A DNA stretch of 59,831 nucleotides. Source: Chromera velia (Eukaryota). Numbering within the stretch: position 1 is the first letter of the stretch; the number at the start of each line of letters is the position of its first letter. The stretch spans positions 1-59,831 of the forward strand of contig JAHBMJ010000007.1 of assembly GCA_018398765.1 (NCBI GenBank). The letters run 5' to 3'. The position numbers and the translations under genes are program-made. This document shows, one piece after another, positions 21,870-33,304 of this stretch. Under the pieces are notes generated by a model. It was not told the DNA's origin and ran no database searches. It was given only the letters and a program-made list of their open reading frames with translations.

Positions 21870-24800
21870 ATGGCCACAACAGCAACTCCGCAGATGCGCA
21901 GCGTGTCGATTGATGAGCTGTTTCGAACCCAAAAAATATCCAGCATCAGGGAGCTGCTCCACAAGAATGAGAGGGATGCAGAGTCGAAGGCAGAGGAGGT
22001 CCGTCAACTTGTGGGGTCTCACTACTTCGATGTGGTCGAGTGCAGTGACGCGCTCTCTGTCATGGTTTGCGAGAGCGCGAATGGAAAGCAAGCGCTAGAG
22101 ACCTTGTTGACTGCTTCCAGAGAACTGAGAAATTCGTTTTCAGCCTCTCTGACCGTTTCGGAACCCGAGGTGGACGATGCAAGCTTCGCGGCTGCGACGT
22201 CTGTGAAGTCTATCATCGAGACGCCAGCAGCTGTTTGGAAGGAAATTCGCAGCGGTCGATTTCTCTCCGGTCTTTTTCTGCTTCTTATCAGGGCCCCAGA
22301 ACTACGTCAAGAAGTCGAGTTTCGACTTTTAGGACTCGAAAAGAAGGGAAATAAAGGAGACGCAGTAGCAGTGTTCCGCGCACACCCGCGGGGGGGCTCT
22401 CCCCTTCCCCTCCTCGGGGGCCGGGTGGACTTCCCCGCGCTTGTGGGAGAGTTGAGGTCGCAATTTCAGGATCTGCCCGCTCGTGTCGGGAACGCGTGTC
22501 TGCAGTCGATCGGCTCTGTCGGACTGTCAAGGACTGAGGCGGTTGATTGTCTAGCGGCAGTGGCTTTGCTGCGACCAGGGGAGACTGCCGAGTCTCTGAT
22601 GGGTGCGTTTTTTGATCAGAGGGACTCCCACATCGCCTCTCTTTTGAAAGTGGACATCACGGCGGTAGCTGCTGCGGGGAGGAAGGGGGGCGGGAGAGGG
22701 AGACGGGCCGGGGGTGACGGTGAAGGGTTAGGGGGTGAAGATGAAGATTGGGACCCTGTGGCGAGTGAGGCTGCGGCTGTGTGCCATCATGTCCATGCTT
22801 TGATTTCGTCTTTCGAGGGGACCTTGGCGGTTGCTTTCTCGTGTTTCCTCTCTTTTGCTCTGCAGGTAGGCGGGGATAGCATCAAACGGAAGACTAGACC
22901 GACCGGACAACAGTACGCATAGAGACTTGAGAAGGAGGGAGGGAGGGAATGCTCTTGTGCTGTTTTCTTTTTTTGTCTCAACGGACAACATGGGCAAAGG
23001 CAGGGAGGACTTCAGAGGCTTGTCGGTGAATTCCATTTCTTGTCCCTTCGTGTCCGTATCTTTTTGTTTGTGTCTGTGCGTGTGTATAGTGATGTAGCTG
23101 TGTGTGAAGTTTTGTACACGCTTGAAGGAAGGCTCTGGATTCAGACCTCAGACTGTGTCTGTCTGATGTGTGCACGGTGTGTTGCTGAACGATCGATCGA
23201 ACATGCCTTCCTTGCGTTCATTCTTTCAGGGGCACATCGGCCAACACGAGGCCGCCAACTCTGCACCCCCCAGCCTGCCTGTCGGGGAGGGGGCGGGTGC
23301 GGGATCATCTGCGCCCCCTGCACCGCCGCCCTCTTCTTTCCTGCTGACCCGAAGACTGGGCTTGCACTCTCTGCTGCGATCCCCCCTTGGCGATAGAGGA
23401 CAGCCTGCAGCGCAGACTGGTGGAGGGGGGGCGGCAGGGGCAGAGCAGGGACAGAGGGGGGGCGGCGTTGTGGTGCGTACAGGGCCCTCCGGGTCCGTGG
23501 TGTTCTGGACCGATCTGTCGAATCCCTCGGGACTTCCCTCGGTAGACCAGGTGGGGNNNNNNNNNNNNNNNNNNNNNNNNNNNNNNNNNNNNNNNNNNNN
23601 NNNNNNNNNNNNNNNNNNNNNNNNNNNNNNNNNNNNNNNNNNNNNNNNNNNNNNNNNGCGGGGGGGCTTATGTTAAATAAAGACGTAATATCATGTTCTT
23701 TTTTTCTTTCCTTCTCTTCTTTGGTTTGTGAGTCGTCACTCAGAATGTTGGACCGAATGAATGAATGAATGAATGAATGAATGATCTTTGGTGGCAGAAA
23801 GAAAAAAACTCATGATTTATTTCTTTCTGGCAGATGGCAGACGATCGTGGTTGTTCGTTTTTGCATAAGAAAGAAAGAAAGAACGCGACTGCTTGCAGAT
23901 CGACCGGTTGATGGGCGGATCTGATGTGGCGTCACGAATTCGTGGACGGGCTTCAGCTTTTGCCTCTCGGTGGTTGGGTCCTCTGCGGCAGCGTTTTGCG
24001 TCGGTCCTCCGAGTGGATTCGTCTCTGGGGGGGAGCGGGGGTGGGTCCCCGTTCGACTGCAAGAGACTGAAGGAAATTCGTGACAAGGTCAGTGGGAGGG
24101 TTGGGTTGAGGATCCGAAAGGAGATTAGAACATAGACATCTGGACGATGGACACTTCTGCTGGGACAACTTAAGACACAAGTAGCAATTTGAGTTCTTCA
24201 TTTTTGCTTTTTACAGAGCCAAGTACCTGCGTAGTTTCTAAACGATGCAGGCAGGGCCGACAGGCAGATGGACAAAGGGAGAGTCTCACTCACGAAATAG
24301 GAAACGAACAAAGCAGGCCAAAGAGAAGAGACCCGCTTCTGCTGAGTTCGTGTCTCCATGTCAAGTGATTGATGCTCGTGTGTGCGTCTCTCTCTCTGTG
24401 CCCAAGCACATCCATCATTCCATCATTCCGGTGCTGAGGTTTGCATATGGTATGAACCCAACAGAAGGACGACGCTCAAAAAGAAAGAAAGGGGTGAAGA
24501 GTCAAAGGGTATTATTTTAATGTAGCGATGCATTCTTACCGAGTCTACCAATCAACGTTCCTGATCTAACGCTGAAGTGTTTCACAGGCAAGTGCAGTCG
24601 TGGTGTGCACATGCAGGTTGGTTGGTGTGGGTGGTGTCCGGAAACAGACGGAGTGACAGACAGCCAGGCGTGCGCGTGAGAGAGATTGTGCTTCCGTCTC
24701 CATTTTGCCGTTGCAGATCTGTACAGCCGTTCTTCGCACTCGTTTTCTGAAGCTAGCAAGTCCTCTGCTCCTCACCCAACTTCAAGAAGAGTCGTCGCCT

Positions 24801-27800
24801 CAAGGATCCTCTCCGGGGGTGGGCGCTGTGGGTGCCTCAGCATCGCCCCTGGCGTCCCCCCTTCATGGAGCAGGGTCCCCATCACCCCTGCGGTCCCATG
24901 TGGGAGAAAAGGGGGTCTCCGTACCTTCCCGGTTTCGAGGTTTGTGGGCAGAGGAATATTCAAAGATCTGGCTGGCTGTGACGGGCGGGCGTCTCGGAGA
25001 GGGGGGCACAGCGGAAGTCGAAGTCGCGGCTCCCGACCTCTTGACCACTTTCGATTCTGTGTTTGCGGAGGCGTGCGTGGTCGTAGTGAGAGAACGGGTG
25101 GGTGCGCTTCGCTTTCCTGTCGGTCTGACAGCTTCCCAACACGCAGTCTTGAGAGAAGGGAGGGAGACGGCGTTCCTTCCCCCCGTCCCTTCAGATCCTC
25201 TCCTGCAAATGGCGAGACAGGCTCTTGAATTGGATAAAGCGGGTGGGGGCGGCTTGACGGGGTCGGATGTTGCATCCTCCAGCGGTCTTCCGTCAGGCGA
25301 CAAGTTCCTGCGGTGTTTGAGGGCAGACGGGTCTCCCCAATGGTTTGAGATGGCAAGGAAAGAAAAGGGCGGGGCAGTCGCAAGTGGACGTGTTGACCAC
25401 TTCGCAACTTATGTTCTGGCTGTGTTGGACGGAGAAATTTCGTCTTTGAAAGAGGATATTGACACGCTTGCAGGGCATGGGACAGAAGAGGAGACGGCAC
25501 TTGTTCAGAGAATTCGCTCTGCTGCTGTCAGTGCCGTCTCTGAATGGGCAGGGGAAGTGTGCGGTCGTGCTGTGTGGGGGAAGTTGAGGGGGGGGGAGGG
25601 AAGAGGGCGGGAGTGGTGGATTGGTGAGAGGGGTGTGAAGGACCCAGAGGAGCGGGAGCGGGAGAGAGGAAGAGAGAGGGATGCAGCATTTGTAGGCGAG
25701 ATCCTTGACGACCTCATCGCACTTGCAGAGGGATCGAAGGTAAGCAGAAAGTGCACAGCTTTCGAACGATCTTTTTCTCTTGTTGAGTTTTGTTCTGCAG
25801 TGATCATATTTCTAGGTAATTAAAATCTCCGATGGTGATAACATTCGACCTGCCTTGTGCCTGCACTTTTGAACAGAAATGAAAGGCGTCGATGCAGGCT
25901 TTGGGAGGGAATGTTGTCGCTGAATTTGGGCCTCCCTTTCCTTTACGCCGTCGTTTTTCTTTCTGCTTTCCTAGCTGTCAAATTCCTGGAGAAACAGTGA
26001 GGTCTCGATCTCTGATGGACTTTTTTTTTTGGCAGAGAGGATAACGTGAGTCCGTTTTGTTGTGTTTTTTGCATGCAGTCTCAGGGGGGAACGTTCGGGA
26101 CCGGTGAGAAGAGACACGCAGAGTCTGCAGAACATCATGAGGGGAGAGTGACGAGAAGAGCTCTCCGTCCTCTTCATAGCAAAAGCGCTCTGTCCGTTCT
26201 CCTGGGTGGAGAAGGGGGGGGAGGGCAGGCGTATGTGGATAAGGGAATGGACAGGAGGCGGCACGCTGCTGCCCCTCCTTTTTTTGTGGAGACTCTCACT
26301 CACGCTGCCATAGCTGCTCACTTCATGTGGTGTCTCCGTGCGATTCGAAGCGCCCTTGCACTTCAATCCATGCGTCCGGGTGGGCAAGCGGGAGCGGAGA
26401 GACGTAGTCGGAAAACGTGGAGCGTCAGTGAGAAAGAGCGGGACGAGGGAGGGCGAGGGGCACTAAAGCATGTTCCCATTCTTTTTGAGTTTCTTTGTGG
26501 AGGGGTTGGGGCGGGGGCACGAGAGGGGGCAGGGGCTCGCGGAGGAGGCGCTGGAACTGGTGATGAGAGTCAGGGGGGGGCAGGGGGGAGTGGGGGACCC
26601 CCACCCGCCGGTGGGTGTTTGTGGACAGAGCTGCAGCTTGATGGTGAGTCGTTGTTAAAAGCTCTCTCATTGGAATGTCTCTGCGTGTCTGTGAACATGG
26701 TTGACTGTTGAATGCCGTTCACATCCCTGCCGAAGGATAGAATCATGTACGCTTTTTCTTCCCTTTTGAACTTCCCGGAAGTCTGGATACTGCATTCATT
26801 CATTGCCAGGACGCATGAGTGGTGTTTCCGATCACTTTTCCTTTTTTTCTTCCCCAATTAGCTTTGCAGTCTCCATGTTTGTCTCCCTCACTTTTCCTTT
26901 CTCTCTCCCTATTGTTTGCTCTAACTTGGGAGGTCCGGGGGGCTTTCCTTAAGCGGCTCAGGGGAAACTGCAGAATCCTAACTGGCATGTCCACAAGTAA
27001 GAGCGCAGTCAGCCAGACAAGTGTAGGAAGCTCTATGAACCTCCTAACAATACAGAAATCATACACACAAAATGACTGCATGAGGCTTGTGCTGCTGCAG
27101 GAGTGGACGCGTCCCCTCAAGGGCTGATGGCAGCTGCTGGCGGGGTGGAGAGCTCTGCAGGAAGCGTGGGTGTGCCTGTTGGTCCTTCCGGTTTTCTCTT
27201 GGACGTTCTCGGCTTCGTGTGCAGGCGCCTGCTGCAGAAAGCCTCTGAGTGGGGGTGGGTCGGTTTGGTCTTTTTACTTGGGGGGGAGGGGTGATGGATC
27301 TGATTTTGATGTACGCGAATCTCTGTTCTTCTATTGAGGTCTTCCGAACGAAGTTGTCTCCAGGAGATGCACTGCACTTCTTTTGGGCGGATTTTTCTGC
27401 GTACCTTTTGAGTTCGACCCACTGCTTTTGAAGCACACAGTGTGCCTATATGTGTCTGCAATGCCGATTGATAGCTCCACGTCTGTCCCTTTTTGTCCAA
27501 CGCCGTGCTGTTCCTCGTGCAGAAACGGGGATCTCTCTCCGACCGCAGTGGTGGGCGCGAAGGCCGCGCTGTCGCTGTTCATCTCTGAGGCCCTCGACGG
27601 AAACGTTTTCCTTTTTCCCTTCAGCAGCAGAGAGACAGAGACCCAGAGCCTCGTGCGGCCACTGCATCCTGGGGGGGGACTTCGGGGCGACTCGCAAGGA
27701 GAGGAGGAGGCGACGGAGGCACCTCTGCCCTTCTCGCACGGACTGCAGGTCAGGGTCAGACGTGCCAGAAGCATGCTCATCGTGCGTGAAGACATGTGTG

Positions 27801-28012
27801 CTCTCACGCTCGTGTGAGGCTACCTCCCTTTCATGCGATTTTTTTGCCTTTCGATTCGATGCCTTTGTTTGGCCTCTGCTCTGCATACGTCTCTGGCTGG
27901 TGGCTCTTCCCTCCTCCGAATATCCACAAGGCAGCCAAGAGCTTGCGTCTGCTCCGGCGCTTTTTGCTTCAGGCCATCTGACTCCTCTCGACTCCCCCCC
28001 CCTCTCTCTGCG

Positions 28013-28055
<43 letters not shown>

Positions 28056-29624
28056 GAGAGGGTAACAGACAGACAGAGAGAAAGTGATTGTCATTCTCTA
28101 CTAAGCCCTCTGTGTGCAGATCATTTTCGATCTCTCACTCCTGGATCTGCTCCTCAACACAGCGCCCCCCCCAACGCTCACCAATGCCCATAACAGCAGC
28201 AGCAGCCTGAACGCCAAAGCGTTGGTGCAGCAACTGCAACAGAGGGAGCGCACTGACGGGAGAGGAGCAGGAGAGCCTAAGTGGGACTGCTTCCTTGCCC
28301 TCGATGCCGCCAGGGAGAGCCTCGATTCTGCGCGGAATCTGTACTTACGGGACCTTGTCGATAGGGCAACCTACGGAGACGCTCTCCAGTCAGTCGGCCA
28401 GTAAAAAAAAAATATGAATATGTATGTCAACCGTTTTTGAGTTGCAGGATGGATGTACACACACACATACATACACACGCATACAGGGAGAGAGAAGAGG
28501 AGGAGAGAAAAAGAGCCGGGTGGGAAGAGAGAGAGGGATGATTTCCTCCCACAGGAGTTTGCTTCTACTGATGAGTTGGCCGAGAAACGTTTGGTGCGTT
28601 TCTTCTTGTGTATCCGCTGTAACGCCGCTTTCGAAGCGTGCGCGGACGGAGGGAGTGAAACTGAACGAGAAGTGCATCTCAAAAGAAGATTTAGCTGTGT
28701 GTGTGTCCATCCCCTCTTTCTTTCTCTCCTTTCTCATCGCTTTCCCTCATCTGTGCATGCAGAGAATCTGCATCAGCTTTCGTTGACTCTTCAGCATGTC
28801 TCCTTGCCCCGTTGCTGGGGATGAACCCAAGGTGGCGATCTGTACAGAGGCAACACGGTCATCTGGGTAGGTCAGGAGAGCACGGTCAGCAGGGACATGG
28901 TGGGGGTTCTCCCATGTCCGTTCTGTCCCCGGCAGTGGCAGCAGCAGCAGCAGGTGGGACGACACTCTCACTCTCCCACTCGCACGCTGCCAGCGGCGGT
29001 GCGGGGGGACCTCAGCAGGCAGCATTCCTCTCCGCTCTGACGGCTGCAAGTGCCCAGAGCCAGAGCACAGCACTCCTCCCAGTGGCCACCCGATTCAACA
29101 CACTCCCCGTCGCATCCTCTGCCCACGGATTGCCCTCCGGGTTGTTGGGCTCTTCGGGAGCTGCGCACGCACATACAGGGCCTCCCGCGCAGGCAGCGAT
29201 GGGGGCAACAGGGATGAATAGGCAGGGAAGCGGCCTCTCTGCCCAGGGGCAGCCACAGCAACAGGCGGCTGGGGGGAAGGCCGGCCTCTCCTCCTTTTTG
29301 CGGGTCGGGAACGTTTGGGGAGGTTCGTATGGATCTCAGCAGGGTCAGCAGGCGCAAGGGGCAGGGGCACCGACTGTAGGGCCGAGCGCGGGTGTTCCAT
29401 CACAGCAGCAGCAGCAGGGTAGAGTGGAGGCGCTGAAGTCGAACTTGGGTTCCATGGGTCAGAAGCTCTTTGCCTTCGGAGGAGGACAGTGGAGCGGAGG
29501 AGCAGGCACCGACTCTGCAGCTGGCTCCGGCAGCAGAGCCGGAAGCTTCTCTCAGCAAGGTGGCTCGGGACCAAGTGCAGGCCTGAAAGGAATGCAACCA
29601 CCGGTTGGATCAACAAATCAATAA
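21870..29624 (+). CDS. COG1: Conserved oligomeric Golgi complex subunit 1 (Vps51/COG1 N-terminal domain), multi-exon
   Basis: N-terminus SIDELFRTQKISSIRELL...KAEEVRQLVGSHYFDVVECSD and C-terminal LPVATRFNTLPV match COG1 consensus. Approximate exons: 21870-22865, 23230-23550, 23899-24087, 24717-25739, ~26079-26642, ~27101-27247, ~27523-27747, ~28120-28388, ~28762-29624. Confidence 0.75.
23557..23657. other. Assembly gap (N run)
   Basis: N run flanked by G tracts. Confidence 1.
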
Positions 29625-30051
29625 AAACAGCAGCAATAGAAAGACTCTTGCAAATGGATATCTGGTCAACCTACCTGCATGGCGCTTATCTGAAAAGGTT
29701 TTACGATGTATGCTTAACATACATCTTCTCTATGTTTTTGTTTGATTATAACGTGAAATCTGCTATAGGAAACCTCATGTAATGAAAGAGTTTTAAACTA
29801 AGTTGCTTTATACTTCAATAATACTTGACTATGACTATAATCTAGACTATGATACGCCATCTTAGTGCGCCATCGCTATCCGTATCCAGTTGCGGATACT
29901 TCTCTAGATATTCCTAACGTTAGGCAAGGGAACGTTTACGTTCAATCTTATAAAAGGGAAAGCAAAAAGGGATCTGTAAGTCAATCAAGTCTAAATTGAT
30001 TGTTTCTCTTTTGAAACTCTTCTCTAGACTCTTCTACTTTTGAGCCGTAAG

Positions 30052-30633
30052 CTAGGCCTTACACTATAAAATTCTTTTTTAAAAATAAAAAAATGAAGGA
30101 CCATTAATTGAAGGTCTTATATTTTTTTTTTAGAATTTTATAAAACTAGAGCTGTTAGTAAAGCACTTCAATCTGTAGGTGATCGAAGGTTATAAGAAAT
30201 CTCTATTACCGGCAATTTCCAGCAGCGAAGGGTTGTTTTCGATCAGTAGAGATCACAACCCTGTAATAATAATAAATTTAATGATCATACAGTTTTCTAT
30301 TAATTTTGTTCCAAAATTCTAAAATTAAAAAAAAAAAAATGAAGCTAGGCGACGCACAGTGATAAAAAAAAAGAAAAAAAAAATCTGGAGAAGCCTAATT
30401 TTTTTTTTTTCTATTATTTTATTAGAAGTGCCAAACATATAACAAAAACACATCTAACTACAAAACCTACTTTTGCTAAGTTTGCTTGGACCTTTGACCA
30501 CTAGACTAAAAAAAAAAAAAAAGAAAAAAAAAATCTTGACATGTCTATTCTTTTTTTTTTTTTACCACTGTGCGTCGCCTAGAAATGAAGTCCTTAATTT
30601 TTTTTTTGTAGAATTTTTTAGTGCAAGGCCTTG
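30052..30633. mobile_element. MITE with C(T/A)AGG termini and 8-bp TSD, hosting a second MITE
   Basis: Left end CTAGGCCTTACACTATAAAATTCT; right end reverse complement CAAGGCCTTGCACTAAAAAATTCT. TSD GCCGTAAG(30044-30051)/GCCGCAAG(30634-30641). Confidence 0.85.
30345..30582. mobile_element. Nested MITE (238 bp)
   Basis: Perfect 17-bp TIR CTAGGCGACGCACAGTG; perfect 8-bp TSD AAATGAAG (30337-30344 and 30583-30590). Confidence 0.92.
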
Positions 30634-31153
30634 GCCGCAAGTCTCTTCATAAGACTAGTAGGTTTCTATATGAACGTCTTCCATCCCATCAACTTCACTT
30701 ATATGGTAACGATGCCCCCTGTCACACTTTGCTTGATTCACAATTCTTTCTACTTCGATTGTCCCTCAGTTGCACACTAGCTTACACAACTTGAAGGCTG
30801 TTGGAGGTAGATAGGCCAGGGTAGCCAGGGGTAGCCTTCATCAGATAAGAGAAGGAAGCCGAAGGGGGGGAGGAAGGGCAATGTGGCTTTATATACTTAT
30901 AGCTTTATACTTATACAATGATAAGTATTAATGATGATCACTAGTAATCACTAGGCCAAGCCACCTATTTAAAAAAAAAAAAAAAAAAATATGATGATGA
31001 TGATTGAGGGTTAAATCTTTTTTTCGTTTTTGAAATCCTAGATCTAGCGACGCCAAATCCCAAGCCACTAACAAGGCTGGCTTTGAGAACAACTAGGAGA
31101 ACAACCCAGAGCATACGCACATTCATGGAGGCTAGCATGGAGGGGGGGGGGGG

Positions 31154-31484
31154 NNNNNNNNNNNNNNNNNNNNNNNNNNNNNNNNNNNNNNNNNNNNNNN
31201 NNNNNNNNNNNNNNNNNNNNNNNNNNNNNNNNNNNNNNNNNNNNNNNNNNNNNNNNNNNNNNNNNNNNNNNNNNNNNNNNNNNNNNNNNNNNNNNNNNNN
31301 NNNNNNNNNNNNNNNNNNNNNNNNNNNNNNNNNNNNNNNNNNNNNNNNNNNNNNNNNNNNNNNNNNNNNNNNNNNNNNNNNNNNNNNNNNNNNNNNNNNN
31401 NNNNNNNNNNNNNNNNNNNNNNNNNNNNNNNNNNNNNNNNNNNNNNNNNNNNNNNNNNNNNNNNNNNNNNNNNNNNNNNNNNNN
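31154..31484. other. Assembly gap (N run)
   Basis: N run flanked by poly-G. Confidence 1.
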
Positions 31485-31903
31485 GGGGGGGGGGGGGGAT
31501 GAGGAAGCCTGCATGCCAATCGAATCAATTCGCCTCAACTTGCCTGATCAACATAATCAACCTTCTTAAGACACTCGGCTAGCGCTTTAGAAGCGCTTCT
31601 AGGTAAGATATGTAGATATATGTAGCTAAAAACTTAATTATATTTTTTTTTAATTATTTTTTTCAACATTTGCATCTGGCCTAATACTCAACTTTGAAAA
31701 AGCTTATAATTTAGCTATTTTCTAAGCTCCCGACATTAAAAAAAGAAAATCAAAAATCGATTTTATATAGGCAATTACTTTTTTTTTTTTATATGGGTAG
31801 CCTAGTCTAGCCTAGTCACTAGGATTATTATCATATTCATATACTGAGTTATACTCTATATAGACTTATGTAGTTAATACAACTTCCCAGATCACTTGTT
31901 GTC

Positions 31904-32347
31904 TTAGTTCCTGCTTCGACTGCTTATCTCATCCCCCCCCCCTAAAGTTGTACATCGTACTTCATCTTTTGCAAAAAAAACAGTGGTGGTCTCTCGGTCT
32001 GTTTCAGTCTGATCGGGCTGATTGAACCCCAATACAATCTCGACTTGCTTTAAGTTATCAGTGAGAAAGCCGGATACTAAAAGCTCATGCGTGTCAAACA
32101 TAAACTCGGGTGGGGTACTATAGTACAGTTTTTTAGATGAGTTTCCCTAGTCCCGGTTGCAAAACATCTCCAGGACTCGTACCGCTGCATCCAACTTCTT
32201 CTGTACTATAGGTTGTTTTTTGATGCACAGGAGAGTTAAGATCATCTCTGCAATGTCTTTGGCATGGTTGGGCAGGTTGTGGAAGGTGCTGAAAGGGGGA
32301 GGGGGGGCGTCGGGGGCTTTTTTGTTGAGCGTGGTAAGGAGGTACAT
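31904..32347 (-). pseudogene. Decayed ORF fragment of unknown family in AT-rich DNA
   Basis: ORFs 32147-32347 and 31904-32101 are in the same frame, separated by one TAG; the composition is protein-like. Confidence 0.3.
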
Positions 32348-33304
32348 TTATATACTCATAATATGTATTATCATTATTTTACTATATATTCTGATAGTCA
32401 AGCTTATTATAAATGCAGTTTAAAAAATAAAACAAAGTTTAGTATCATTAAAAATTGTTTTAAAATCCTCTAAACAATATATAGATACTTCATAGTTTTG
32501 GAGACCGTTTGGGTGTTGGAGACCATTTCAAAAAATTTTTTTTTGAGAGAAAGAAAGAAAGAAAGGAAGGAAGGAAGGAAGGAAGGAAGAAAGGAAGGAA
32601 GGAAAGAAGGAAGGAAGGAAGGAAGCATGGGAAGGGAGGAAACATAGGAAGGGAGGGAAGGGAAGGAAGGGAGGAAGAAGAAAGGAAGTAAAGAAGGAAC
32701 GGAAGGCAGCAAAGTCTGTCTCACCAAGTCAAATTTTTGCCTCGCTGTTGTGTGGACGGGGAGAGAGGAAAAGAAAGAGAGGCATCGAGTCGGGAAAGGA
32801 TATACTCACTGCTTGTGCTGTAGAACTGTTGAGGAGAGTCCTTTCGTTATTTGAGGGGCACGTATCATGAGGAGCGAAGTAATTATAATACGATCGCTGC
32901 TCCATGCGACTTGCTTGAGGGGCACATTTTGGAATTTGGGCGATACCGTGACGGACGGATAGAGACAGAACCGAACCCCCCCCCCCAAAAAATGAAAAAA
33001 TGCGTTATGCGGATCCGTGCGATCTCAGGGCCTCAGCAGAGCTGAGCTGCCCCCCGAGGCGACGGGCTGCATGCATGGCCGGATCGAGATGATCGACGCG
33101 CGCGGGAGACGTTTCTCGCGATTTCTCGCGCGCGCTATGCGCGCGAGAAGCTCTTGCATGCATGCGTGCAAGTGTCTTACACACGCGGAATGCACATTGC
33201 ACAGTTCAATGCACACATTTCGCCTCGCTTAGTATACCCTCGATCGAGATAGAGCCAGACATTCAAGATAGCCTGAACTGGTGAAAAGGAACGAAAAAAC
33301 AAGA

